Positions 1 to 9,678 are shown, numbered from the whole stretch's first letter. The stretch: DNA of 63,875 bases, filler included, from an uncultured Gemmatimonadota bacterium (GCA_964576115.1; 8 parts of 8 records of this genome joined end to end with filler, not necessarily neighbours in it); one strand, 5' to 3'. Numbers and translations: made by a program. Notes: a model not told the origin generated them from the sequence alone.

Positions 1-116
1 GCCGGCGACCCCTGCGGCCTCGGGCCCGCCTGTGTGAAGCCAGAGGGCCCTCCGCCGCAGCCCCCCCCGGACGGTTCCCCGGCCTGCACGATCGCCGGCG
101 GCGGAAGCGGGAAACC

Positions 117-1334
117 CTACGGCTGCCAGGCGGCGAGGATACTGCGGGCGTAGCGGGCGAAGGCGTATTCGGCCGCGAGCATCACGTCGCTTTCGGGAAG
201 GTCGCGTCTCCACTGTGCCTGCAGTTCTTCGGCGGCAGCCAGGATCGAATCCTCGGCGGCGAAGATGACCGGCCAGAGTCCGCCGCCGGTGCCGTCGCGC
301 AGCAGGCGGGTGTTGATGAAGCTGGCCATCCGATCCTGGCCGAAGATGATCCGCTTGATCCGCAGCGAGGCGTCACAGAGCGGAGCGGTGGGATTGCCGT
401 CGGCTTCGGGGGGCACCGGTCCGACCGCCCAGTAGGGAACGGTGATCGCCGCCGCCGTCTGGCCCAGCATCGTCCACATGGTGGTCAGGCAGGCCCTCTC
501 GCCCTCGCCGATCCCCTGGAAGACGGTGGCCGAGACCGTGTAGGGACGGCAGATGGAGAGGTTGGCCTCGATCCAGCCCGGTGGGGTGTCTTCATTCCAG
601 CGACCCGACCAGGGGATGGCGACCGGCTCGCCGTCGGGACCGGTCAGATCGCGCATCTGGATTCTCAGGATCGAACGGGGATTCAGCTCACCCGCGTCAT
701 GGAAGCCGCGCATGAGTTCGGTGGTGCGCCGGAAACGCTCGATACCGCCGCTGCCGCCCCCGTGTTCGGCGAAATTGGTACGTAGAACATAGCCGTCGGG
801 GGCTACCCGGGGATCGGCGGTGTCGTAGACCCAGTAGTCACTCCCCCCCGCCTCGATCATCACCGACCGGCCGGTGGTGTCCATCACGGCCAGATTGGCC
901 TGGGTCGAACGTCCGGTCCGGTTGGTCTCCTCGAGCAGGGCGATAAACTCGTCCACGGTGGCGCAGGTGCCCAGAGCCAGGTGCTGGACCGAGGAGTTGT
1001 TGAGGCCCCTCCGTCCGCCGGGCAGGTCGCTGGCGACGGCGTTGAGAATGGCAAAGCCGACCTCGTTGACACCCAGCAGGGTGCTCAGGGGACTGGTACC
1101 GGCGATCGAGAGAAAGGCATACTCCTCGCCCCGGATCCAGTGGATCTCGTTGTTCTCGTCGCGCCAGTCGCGGGTTTTCCATATCATCGGCCGGCCGTCG
1201 GTGGTGGCCGATCCCGCCGCGGCCCCGATGGTGCATTCTTCCGGGGCCGGGGGAGCGGAACGGCCGGTCGCATAACCGGCCAGAGCCAGCAACAGGAGAA
1301 CAGCGGTCAGTCGGGCAACTCTCCGTCGAGTCAT
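117..1334 (-). CDS. Secreted Ntn-hydrolase (peptidase C45 / acyl-CoA:6-APA acyltransferase-like)
   Basis: Signal peptide followed by ECTIGAAAGSATTDGRPMIWKTRD (Cys nucleophile context), GVNEVG and RTNF motifs. ATGA overlap with the upstream S9 gene at 1331-1334. Confidence 0.7.
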   Translation of the reverse strand: MTRRRVARLTAVLLLLALAGYATGRSAPPAPEECTIGAAAGSATTDGRPMIWKTRDWRDENNEIHWIRGEEYAFLSIAGTSPLSTLLGVNEVGFAILNAVASDLPGGRRGLNNSSVQHLALGTCATVDEFIALLEETNRTGRSTQANLAVMDTTGRSVMIEAGGSDYWVYDTADPRVAPDGYVLRTNFAEHGGGSGGIERFRRTTELMRGFHDAGELNPRSILRIQMRDLTGPDGEPVAIPWSGRWNEDTPPGWIEANLSICRPYTVSATVFQGIGEGERACLTTMWTMLGQTAAAITVPYWAVGPVPPEADGNPTAPLCDASLRIKRIIFGQDRMASFINTRLLRDGTGGGLWPVIFAAEDSILAAAEELQAQWRRDLPESDVMLAAEYAFARYARSILAAWQP

Positions 1335-3550
1335 CGTTCGTCTTTCTCCTCTTCCGGTTTTTCAAAATGTTCGGCGTACCAGCCGAGGATACGGTTCCAG
1401 AAATCATGGTACTCCTCGACCGAGTTGGGTGGGCTGTGACCGCCGTCGGCGTAACGAACCCAGACCACTTCCTTGCCGAGCCGGCGCATGGCGTAATACA
1501 TCTCCATCGACTGCCGGGCCGGAACGTTGTAATCCAGATCGCCGGTGATGCACATCAGGGGGGTCTGGATCCGGTCGGCGAAGACGACGGCCGAATGCAT
1601 CTGATAACGTTCGGGATACTCCCAGAGCGAGCCCCCGATGCGGTCCTGGCCCCACTCGGGAGCCTGGATGTTGCGGATGCCCAGCCGCGGGCTGTCGCCG
1701 TAGAAGCTGACCATGTTGACCTTGCCCGAGATATTGATCGCGGCGGCGAAACGCGGAGTCTGGGTAACGAGCAGAGCGGTGGCGTAGCCGCCGTAGCTGG
1801 TGCCGTGCACGCCGAGTTTTTCTTCGTCCACCAGGCCCCGTTCGATGAGCATGTTGATCCCCGCCGTGACCCCCTTGACCCAGGCTTCGCCGGGATAGCC
1901 TTCCACCAGATGGACGCTGGGACGGAAGCCGAAGTACCCGGCGTTGGCGATCAGGTTCATGTTGGAGTTGAAGCCGTTTTCGAAGAAGGTCTCGTAGATC
2001 TCACAGACCAGCGGGTAGCGGCGGCCCGGCTCATAATTCACGGGATAGTAGAGAATACCGTAGAGTTCCTCCCCGTCGGTATCGCGGTATGTCACCAGCT
2101 CGCTGCGAGTCAGGGTGCGGTTTCTGATCCAGGGGTTGAGATCAGTCAGCCGGCGGGGTTCGGAAAAGTCCTTGTCGGCCCGCCAGAGGTCATCGGGGTG
2201 GTCTCCGTCCGAACGGGTGAAGAAAAAAGTCCGGCCGTCTTCGGTCATCCGCCACGAGCCGAAGCGATCGCTGTTTCTGAGCAGATCGGTCATCTCCCCT
2301 GCCTGCACATCGAACCGTACCAACCCCCGCTCCCAGCGGTCGCGGGCGGAGGTGGAGAGATAGAGCCACCGGCCGCAGGGACTCCAGTCGACCACACTCA
2401 GGCGCGGCCGGTCCTCTTCCTCACCTTCAAAGGCCCAGATCTTCTCCACCGAACCCTGTTCCAGGTCGGCCAGCCACCAGGCCTCGCCACCGCTGAGCAG
2501 AAGCCGGTTGCCCCCGGAGTGGAAGCGCATGACCGAGAAACGCACCCGGGTGGTGTCATCGCCGGTCGCATACGGACGTCCGTCTGCAGTCAGGTTCCGG
2601 ACGGTGGTGTCGCGCACGGCCCGCACCAGCACGTCTCCCTCGTCGGTCCAGGCATAGGTGTCGCCGGCCTCGTTCCAGGTAACTCTGATCCGCTCGGTAC
2701 CGCGCGGGCGCAGAACGGTCCGTTCATTGTTCTCCAGATCGAGCCAGGAGAGCTCGTACTCGGTCCCGCCGGAGCGGGCATAGACGGTCTCGAGGGGGAA
2801 GTTCTCGGTGAAGGAGAGCAACGTACCGTCCTCGGCCAACCGCAGGGAACCGTAGTTGCCTTCGGGGAGCAGCTCGGTCACTTCCCCCCGGTCAAGCGAT
2901 ACGATCGCCGGGATCGTCAAGGAGTTCAGGTTGCGCAGCTCATCCCACCGCAGGAAGGGCTGGCGGGAATCGTGGACGATAATCGGGCCCTCGGTCAGAT
3001 CGAGGAAAGCCTGCCGGGCCCGCTCGCGCCAGCCGTCGGCTCTGAGCTGAATCAGCAGCCCGCTCCCGTCGGGAAGCCAGCGCAGAGTCGAACCGGAGGC
3101 GATCTCCTTCTCGGTCCGCAGGCGGATCGGGCGAGTGCGCCGGCGGGCGAGCTCGCAGACCTGCAGGGTCCAGTCATCCCCCTCGCGCAGGAAGAAGGCC
3201 AGGTGTGCCTGATCGGGGCTCAGGGCCGAGGCGGCGATCTGAACGGGCTCGTCGAAGAGAGCTGTCCGCTCGCCCGTGTTCCCGTCGATCAAAACGATCT
3301 CGGATGTTCCCGGACTCAGGTAGGTCGGATCGCCGTAGCGGGTATAGTCGTTACCTAACCGGGCCCTGCGACGGCTCACACTGCCGACGAGCAGGGAGCC
3401 GTCGTCGGTCATGTGGTTAACCCGGAGCGAGGCCAGGTTGAGCAGATCATCGACGGTAAAGGGCTGCTGTTCCTGAGCCGCGACCGCACTTGGGGACAGA
3501 ACAGCGAGGACCAGCAGAAAGACCATCAGGGGGGGGCGTGATCGGGGCAT
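1331..3550 (-). CDS. S9 family prolyl oligopeptidase / acylaminoacyl peptidase, secreted
   Basis: Signal peptide, beta-propeller region, catalytic GTSYGG (Ser), GDLDYNV (Asp) and DGGH (His). Confidence 0.9.
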   Translation of the reverse strand: MPRSRPPLMVFLLVLAVLSPSAVAAQEQQPFTVDDLLNLASLRVNHMTDDGSLLVGSVSRRRARLGNDYTRYGDPTYLSPGTSEIVLIDGNTGERTALFDEPVQIAASALSPDQAHLAFFLREGDDWTLQVCELARRRTRPIRLRTEKEIASGSTLRWLPDGSGLLIQLRADGWRERARQAFLDLTEGPIIVHDSRQPFLRWDELRNLNSLTIPAIVSLDRGEVTELLPEGNYGSLRLAEDGTLLSFTENFPLETVYARSGGTEYELSWLDLENNERTVLRPRGTERIRVTWNEAGDTYAWTDEGDVLVRAVRDTTVRNLTADGRPYATGDDTTRVRFSVMRFHSGGNRLLLSGGEAWWLADLEQGSVEKIWAFEGEEEDRPRLSVVDWSPCGRWLYLSTSARDRWERGLVRFDVQAGEMTDLLRNSDRFGSWRMTEDGRTFFFTRSDGDHPDDLWRADKDFSEPRRLTDLNPWIRNRTLTRSELVTYRDTDGEELYGILYYPVNYEPGRRYPLVCEIYETFFENGFNSNMNLIANAGYFGFRPSVHLVEGYPGEAWVKGVTAGINMLIERGLVDEEKLGVHGTSYGGYATALLVTQTPRFAAAINISGKVNMVSFYGDSPRLGIRNIQAPEWGQDRIGGSLWEYPERYQMHSAVVFADRIQTPLMCITGDLDYNVPARQSMEMYYAMRRLGKEVVWVRYADGGHSPPNSVEEYHDFWNRILGWYAEHFEKPEEEKDER

Positions 3551-3586
3551 TATCGACTCCGGGTTGAAGGTTCTGACAGACCGTGT

Positions 3587-4852
3587 TCATGGATAGAGCC
3601 GGTACGGTATGGCCTCCTGTCGCCACTGCCGGGTCTGGTCTGACCAGCGTCCGGCAAGGGTCAGGGGATCGTGCCCGGCTTCGATCCCTTCACGCAGCCA
3701 CACGACACCGGTCAGCCGGTCGAAGTGGGCCTGGCGCCAGCGGAAGAGATCGGGATAAAGATGACGGAAGGTGCGGACCACGGTCACCCCCGTCACCACA
3801 GGACGAAAGGCGTCGGGATCGGTTACGTCGACCTCGATCCCCCCGCACACCTCCCCCTTCCACTTCACTTCCACCGCACTCCCCGGTTGACCGGGCGTAA
3901 ACCGCACGGGGGCAAAGCGCACTCCCGGCAGATTCAGATCGTTGAGGGTGTCGGCCACCTGCTCCCCGTCCGCCCAGGGGGCACCGACGAGTTCGAAGGG
4001 ACGCTCGGTCCCCCGCCCTTCGGAGAGATTGGTGCCCTCTATCAGGCAGAGTCCGGGGTAGACCAGAGCCGTGAGCGGAGTGGCCATGTTGGGGGAGGGA
4101 CGAACCCAGGGCACGCCGGTGTCCTCATACCGCATCCGCCGTTCCCAGCCCTGCATCGTGACTACCCGCAGATCGAGTCCTTCGCCGCCGGTCAGGTGTC
4201 CCTCACCGATTATCCAGGAGGCGTACTCGGCGATCGTGAAGCCATGGCGGATCGGGACCGGGAACAGGCCGACGAAAGAAGCCAGTTCGGACGAAAGCAC
4301 CGGCCCCTCGACCGCAAGCCCTCCGATCGGATTGGGCCGGTCGAGCACGACGTAGGTCAGCGAGCGTGCCGCGGCCGCCTCCATGGTGCGGGCCATGGTA
4401 CTGGTATATGTATAAAATCGCGCTCCCACGTCCTGGATGTCGAAGAGCAGGACTCTGAGGCCGACCAGATGGCTGGAGTCGGGCCGGGTCGAAACGCCGT
4501 AGAGAGAGTGAATCGGTACCCCTCGGTACTCCTCACCGGCCGAGTAGATCCGGGCTCCTTCGGCGGCAGAACCCTCGAAGCCGTGTTCGGGGCTGAAGAT
4601 GGCCCGTACCTCGAGTCCCGCGTCGAGCAGGGCATCGACGAGGTGGGTGCCGTCGCTGAGCCGGCCGGTGTGGTTGGTCACCACTCCGAGCGGTACCGGG
4701 TCGAGCCCGGTGGCGGCCTCCCACCCCTTGGCCATGAGTACGTCGGCTCCGGTCAGCACGGGGCGGTCCGTACTGCAGGCGACCGTGGCGAGCAGGAGCA
4801 GGAACATCCCGGCCCGGCCGATCTGATCCCGGATCTTTCTTCTTTCCGCCAC
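3587..4852 (-). CDS. namZ: Exo-beta-N-acetylmuramidase NamZ family (DUF1343/YbbC), lipoprotein
   Basis: VTNHTG, FSPEHG, LFDIQDVGARFYTY, DRPNP, PSPNM and EGTNLSEGRGT motifs; lipobox TVAC; GTG start. Confidence 0.9.
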   Translation of the reverse strand: MAERRKIRDQIGRAGMFLLLLATVACSTDRPVLTGADVLMAKGWEAATGLDPVPLGVVTNHTGRLSDGTHLVDALLDAGLEVRAIFSPEHGFEGSAAEGARIYSAGEEYRGVPIHSLYGVSTRPDSSHLVGLRVLLFDIQDVGARFYTYTSTMARTMEAAAARSLTYVVLDRPNPIGGLAVEGPVLSSELASFVGLFPVPIRHGFTIAEYASWIIGEGHLTGGEGLDLRVVTMQGWERRMRYEDTGVPWVRPSPNMATPLTALVYPGLCLIEGTNLSEGRGTERPFELVGAPWADGEQVADTLNDLNLPGVRFAPVRFTPGQPGSAVEVKWKGEVCGGIEVDVTDPDAFRPVVTGVTVVRTFRHLYPDLFRWRQAHFDRLTGVVWLREGIEAGHDPLTLAGRWSDQTRQWRQEAIPYRLYP

Positions 4853-4887
4853 ACGGCTCCTCCCGGCGGCTGGCGTGATCCATACCC

Positions 4888-4971
4888 CTCAGATATAGCC
4901 CAAAGGCCGGGGTCGGGGAAAGCCCTCCCGGCCGGGCCTTTCCTCCCGTCGGCCGGGGGTGTATATCTGAG
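4888..4971. promoter_or_regulatory. Divergent promoter region with an identical TATATCTGAG element on each strand
   Basis: CTCAGATATA at 4888-4897 and TATATCTGAG at 4962-4971 form a perfect 10-nt inverted pair between divergent genes. Confidence 0.45.
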
Positions 4972-5027
4972 ACGGGTTACCGGGATTTGCCCGGGCCCGA
5001 AAAATCACCACCCGGTCAGGAGACCGA

Positions 5028-6254
5028 ATCATCATTCGTACCGATCGGCGTCAGGTCCCCGCACGGCTGTGGCCGACGGCTGCGGCGGCACTGCTCCTGG
5101 CGGCTGTCGCCGGATGTGCGGGCTCGCTCGCCGCCCCGAGTCTGCATCCCGGACGGGCTGAAGCGGTCGGGATGGACAGCGACCGTCTGGCGGCCCTCGA
5201 GGAGGTGATCGGTGAGGAGATCGAGCGCGGCACCATCCCGGGTGCGGTTCTTCTCGTCGCCCGCAGCGGACGGATCGTCTACGAAGGAGCCTGGGGGGCG
5301 CGCGCGCTCGAACCGGGGCCCGAAGAGATGACTCTCGACACCATCTTCGACCTGGCCTCGATGACCAAGCCGCTGGCCACCGCCGCGGCGGTTATGCGCC
5401 TGGTCGAGAGGGGCCGGGTGCGGCTGGAGGACCGGGTGAGCGTCTACCTGCCCGAGTTCGCTGCCGGGGGCAAGGGGGGCATCCGCGTTTCCCACCTGCT
5501 GACCCACACCTCAGGCCTGCCGCCGGGGGTGCCGGTCGGCACCCTGCAGTCCCGCTACGGAGCTTACTGCCCCGAAGCTGTCTGGTGGTGGATCTGCGAT
5601 CACGATCCCGAGACCGGACCGGGTGAGCGTTTTATCTACAGCGACATCAACTATCACACCCTGGCCCGCCTCATCCGACGCGTGTCGGGGATGAGCCTGG
5701 ATGAATTCACCCGAACCGAGATCTATGCCCCGCTCGGAATGACCGATACCGGTTTTTATCCCGAAGCAGGACGGATCGCCCGCGTGGCTCCGACCGAGCG
5801 GGTTGCCGGGGGGGTGTTACGCGGGGTGGTTCACGATCCGATGAGCCGCCTGGTCGGGGGCGAGGGCGGCAGTGCCGGGCTGTTCTCGACCGCCGCCGAT
5901 ATCGCCCGTTACTGTCAGATGCTGCTCAACGGCGGCACCTACGGCGGGACGAGAATCTTCTCTCCCCTGACCGTGCGAGCCATGTCGGAAGACCGGATCG
6001 TGGGACGGGGCTTCGGATTCGACATTTCCAGTCCCTACGCCAATATCCGGGGTGATCTGCTCGGTCCCTTTTCCTTCGGTCATTCGGGGTATACCGGCAC
6101 CAGCGTCTGGATCGATCCCGAGCAGGATCTCTTCGTGATCCTGCTCACCAATCGCGTCCATCCCGATGACAGAGGCAGTGTCGTACCCTTGCGCTCGAAG
6201 GTCAGCAACGTTGTGGCCGCGGCGATTATCGCTCCGGCTCGGGGCCGACAGTAA
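5028..6254 (+). CDS. Serine hydrolase, beta-lactamase/AmiE-like, probable lipoprotein; start uncertain (ATC 5028/5031 proposed, first ATG at 5172)
   Basis: SMTK (SxxK), YSD and HSGYTG motifs. The in-frame upstream extension encodes LLLAAVAG-C (Cys codon 5115-5117); AGGAG at 5018-5022. Confidence 0.8.
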   Translation: MIIRTDRRQVPARLWPTAAAALLLAAVAGCAGSLAAPSLHPGRAEAVGMDSDRLAALEEVIGEEIERGTIPGAVLLVARSGRIVYEGAWGARALEPGPEEMTLDTIFDLASMTKPLATAAAVMRLVERGRVRLEDRVSVYLPEFAAGGKGGIRVSHLLTHTSGLPPGVPVGTLQSRYGAYCPEAVWWWICDHDPETGPGERFIYSDINYHTLARLIRRVSGMSLDEFTRTEIYAPLGMTDTGFYPEAGRIARVAPTERVAGGVLRGVVHDPMSRLVGGEGGSAGLFSTAADIARYCQMLLNGGTYGGTRIFSPLTVRAMSEDRIVGRGFGFDISSPYANIRGDLLGPFSFGHSGYTGTSVWIDPEQDLFVILLTNRVHPDDRGSVVPLRSKVSNVVAAAIIAPARGRQ

Positions 6255-8109
6255 TTCCCCACCCGATCTCGTACAATCCGGGCAGTGAAACGGGGAGCCT
6301 CCCCCGGGCTCCCACGGCCCCGAGGACCACCTCCCCCGCCGCGCGCTGGGCCACCGGGCCGTAATCGTAAGCCGCCAGGTAAGCTGTCACGGTCGGAAAC
6401 TGCATCAGGAAATAGGGCGGCCCGAAGGCTGCCACGACAGTCGGGATACGCCGGGCCGCAATGTAGGTGAGCAGGCGGGCGTGTTCGTCGAGAACCGCTG
6501 CATGCCCCTTTTGATCCCTCACCCGGCTCACGACCGCCGTCAGGGTCAGAGAAGCGTTCTCGACCGCACTCAGGACAGCCTCGGTCTGTGCCCGGGTGGA
6601 TCCGGGATAGAGCCAGAGGTGCCGTGCTCCGGGGTAGAGAGAGCGCAGGGGTTCGAAAAACTCCCGGCCGACGGGACCGCTGCCGGGATCGCTCGAAAGT
6701 CCGAGAAAGAGAACCCGGTCGGGATCCAGAGCAAGGTGCCGGGGAGTGAAGGGACCGGCTCGCCGGGGCGGGGCCAGGGACGTCCACTCGCCCCGCTCGA
6801 CCGCAGCAGGAGCGGAACCCGTGCCGAGAGGCAGCAGATCGCCCTCGTTGCGGATGACCGTTACCGCCCGCTCGGCGATGGTGCGGGCCAGATGGAGGGC
6901 GGCGGGATCGGCTACCGCCCGATCGACGGCATTCAGCGGCGGGTGCCGCTCAACGTGCAGACCGAGCCGGGCCTTGACCGTGAGCAAACGACGGGCGGCG
7001 CGGGTGATGAGGTCGGGTTCCAGGCGCCCCTCCTGGACCGCGACCATGATTCCCTCAATGCTCCGGTGGGTATCGGCGGGCAGGAGGATCAGATCGGCTC
7101 CCGCGGCGATGGTGCGCACGGCCGCTTCCTCGACCCCGTAGTGGCGTACGATGGCGCCCATGCGCAGGGCATCGGTCACGATGAGGCCATCGAACCCGAG
7201 CTCTTCCCGGAGCAGCCGGGCAGTCACGTTTTCCGAGATCGAGGCCGGGACGGTTTCTGAGGGATCGAGCGCGGTGACCCAGAGGTGAGCGGTCATGACC
7301 GCCTCCACTCCGTCGGCGATCAGGGCCCGGAAGGGGGCCAGTTCGACCCGGTCGAGCCGCTCGCGATCGGCCTCGACCACGGGCAGTTCGACATGACTGT
7401 CCACGCTCACGTTGCCATGACCGGGGAAGTGCTTGGCGGTAGTCAGGATCCCCGCCGAGCGGGCTCCCCGGGCCCAGGCCACGGCCAGGCGGGACACCAG
7501 CCCGGGATCCTCGCCGAAGGAACGTACACTGATGATCGGATTGAGGGGGTTGGAGTTGACGTCGGCGACCGGGGCATAGCCCATGTGAATGCCCACGGCG
7601 CGCGTTTCCCGCCCGGTCACGAATCCGGCGGCTCGAGCCAGGGCGGTGTCGCGGGTCGCTCCCAGGGCCATCGCCTTCGGGAAGGTACTGGACTCCCGCA
7701 CCCGTTGCGAGAGTCCCCACTCGTTGTCGGCCGCGACCAGCAGCGGCCGGGGAGCCAGGTCCTGCAGACGGGCGATGGTGAGAGCTTCGTCCCAGGGATC
7801 GCCATGCCACATGGCGATACCCCCTACCCCCGTCTCGGATACCAGGGCCTCGATCCGGCGCCGTTCGGGATCGTTTTCGTTGGCGAACCCGGCCACGACC
7901 TCGATGACCACCAGGCTGGCGACCTGCTCGCGCAGGTTCATTCCAGCCAGAGTGTCCTCGATCCAGCGCTCCTGAGCCGCCGGCGAGAGCGGATCGCGTC
8001 CCAGCCGGAAAAGAGTACAACCGCTGTCCAGTGTGCCGAGCAGGAGAACGAGCAGCAGCAGAAGAAGACCCCGGGGCCCGGCCCCGTTCCGATCGACATC
8101 TTTCAGCAT
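6226..8109 (-). CDS. nagZ: GH3 beta-N-acetylglucosaminidase, two-domain NagZ type
   Basis: KHFPGHG-x4-DSH signature, TDALRM nucleophile, APVADVN and RSFGEDP; hydrophobic signal ending SGC. Confidence 0.88.
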   Translation of the reverse strand: MLKDVDRNGAGPRGLLLLLLVLLLGTLDSGCTLFRLGRDPLSPAAQERWIEDTLAGMNLREQVASLVVIEVVAGFANENDPERRRIEALVSETGVGGIAMWHGDPWDEALTIARLQDLAPRPLLVAADNEWGLSQRVRESSTFPKAMALGATRDTALARAAGFVTGRETRAVGIHMGYAPVADVNSNPLNPIISVRSFGEDPGLVSRLAVAWARGARSAGILTTAKHFPGHGNVSVDSHVELPVVEADRERLDRVELAPFRALIADGVEAVMTAHLWVTALDPSETVPASISENVTARLLREELGFDGLIVTDALRMGAIVRHYGVEEAAVRTIAAGADLILLPADTHRSIEGIMVAVQEGRLEPDLITRAARRLLTVKARLGLHVERHPPLNAVDRAVADPAALHLARTIAERAVTVIRNEGDLLPLGTGSAPAAVERGEWTSLAPPRRAGPFTPRHLALDPDRVLFLGLSSDPGSGPVGREFFEPLRSLYPGARHLWLYPGSTRAQTEAVLSAVENASLTLTAVVSRVRDQKGHAAVLDEHARLLTYIAARRIPTVVAAFGPPYFLMQFPTVTAYLAAYDYGPVAQRAAGEVVLGAVGARGRLPVSLPGLYEIGWGITVGPEPER

Positions 8110-8142
8110 GGTGAGCCCCCTCAGCGGTCAGGTCCTGCCCGC

Positions 8143-8171
8143 ACGCTACGCCGCCGGACTGCGGGTGTCAA
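8143..8171 (-). promoter_or_regulatory. Sigma70-type promoter of nagZ
   Basis: Minus strand reads TTGACA-N17-TAGCGT, about 35 nt upstream of the ATG. Confidence 0.55.
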
Positions 8172-8271
8172 CGCATGAGCAACAGGTTCGACCGGCAACA
8201 TGCCAGAAGGTTGTCGGAACGCAGTACCATTCTCACTATGTTGCAGAAGCTTCAACCTGGAGGCACCGGTC

Positions 8272-9678
8272 ATGGGTGGTTTCTTCGCGGTGACATCGAA
8301 GGGCGATTGCGTCCGCGATCTCTTTTTCGGCACCGACTACCACAGCCATCTCGGAACGATGCGGGGAGGGCTGGCCACCAAGAATTCCGGCGGGATCGTC
8401 CGCTACATCCACGACATCACCAACGCCCAGTTCCGATCGAAATTCGAAGACGATCTCCCCCATCTGCAAGGCAACCGGGGGATCGGTGTCATCAGCGATT
8501 ACGACGACCAGCCCCTGATCGTCCGCTCCCACCTCGGCACCTATGCCATCGTCACCGTCGGCGTCATCCAGAATCTCGGTGAGCTGGTGGCCACCGCCTT
8601 CGCCGAACGCAAGGCTCATCTGATCGAGATGAGCGGGGAAACCACCAATCCGACCGAGGTCACCGCCCTGCTCATCGATCAGGGGGCGACCTTCACCGAG
8701 GGACTCACCCTGGCTCAGGAGGCGATCGAGGGCTCCTGTTCGATCCTGCTTCTGACCGACGAGGGGATCTATGTGGCCCGCGATCGCCAGGGCCGCACCC
8801 CGGTTATCGTGGGGCGGCGCGACGGCGCCCGGGCGGCGACCATGGAGAGCTGCGCCCTGCCCAATCTCGGGTTCGATATCGAGGCCTATCTCGGTCCGGG
8901 CGAAATCGTCCGCCTGAACTCCGGAGAGATCGAGCAGATGCGCCCGCCGGGCGAGGAGATGAAAATCTGCGCTTTCCTCTGGGTCTACTACGGTTTTCCC
9001 GCCTCTCACTACGAAGGGATCAACGTCGAAAACGTGCGCTACCGCTGCGGAGCGAAGCTGGCCGATCGTGAAGATCCGGACGTGAAGCCCGACACGGTAG
9101 CCGGCATCCCCGACTCAGGAAGCGCTCACGCCATCGGGTACGCCAACGCCCGGGGCATCCCCTACGGCCGACCGTTTGTGAAATACACCCCCACCTGGCC
9201 GCGCAGTTTCATGCCCCAGGATCAGACCGTACGCGATCTGGTGGCGATCATGAAACTGATCCCCATCCCCGAACTGATCCGGGGCAAGAAGCTGCTCTTC
9301 TGCGAGGATTCGATCGTGCGGGGAACCCAGCTTTCCGAGACCATCTCGCGGTTGTTCGAGGCCGGGGCCGAAGAGGTCCACATGCGCCCGGCCTGCCCCC
9401 CTCTCGTCTATGCCTGCCCCTATCTCAACTTCTCCCGCTCGCGCTCCGAGCTCGATCTGGCCGGGCGCCGGGCGATCGCCGAACTCACCGACAACGCCGA
9501 CGAGGTCCCTGCCGCTTTCTGCGAACCCGACTCACCCGAATACGCCGCCATGGTCGAGCGGATCCGCGAGCGCCTCGGCCTGACCAGCCTGCGCTACCAG
9601 CGTCTGGACGATCTCATCGAAGCGATCGGGCTGCCACGCGAGAAAGTCTGCACCTACTGCTGGAACAGACAGGGATAG
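8272..9678 (+). CDS. purF: Amidophosphoribosyltransferase (PurF) homolog lacking the N-terminal catalytic Cys
   Basis: GGAGG at 8259-8263, then ATG 8272 (MGGFFA...). PRPP-binding EDSIVRGT, IPDSG, HMRPACPP and C-terminal CTYCW (Fe-S Cys pattern). Confidence 0.8.
   Translation: MGGFFAVTSKGDCVRDLFFGTDYHSHLGTMRGGLATKNSGGIVRYIHDITNAQFRSKFEDDLPHLQGNRGIGVISDYDDQPLIVRSHLGTYAIVTVGVIQNLGELVATAFAERKAHLIEMSGETTNPTEVTALLIDQGATFTEGLTLAQEAIEGSCSILLLTDEGIYVARDRQGRTPVIVGRRDGARAATMESCALPNLGFDIEAYLGPGEIVRLNSGEIEQMRPPGEEMKICAFLWVYYGFPASHYEGINVENVRYRCGAKLADREDPDVKPDTVAGIPDSGSAHAIGYANARGIPYGRPFVKYTPTWPRSFMPQDQTVRDLVAIMKLIPIPELIRGKKLLFCEDSIVRGTQLSETISRLFEAGAEEVHMRPACPPLVYACPYLNFSRSRSELDLAGRRAIAELTDNADEVPAAFCEPDSPEYAAMVERIRERLGLTSLRYQRLDDLIEAIGLPREKVCTYCWNRQG

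Noticed and set aside
5172..6254. Possible beta-lactam resistance gene
   Set aside because: The SxxK hydrolase fold is shared by many esterases and amidases, and the namZ/nagZ context favours a muropeptide amidase.
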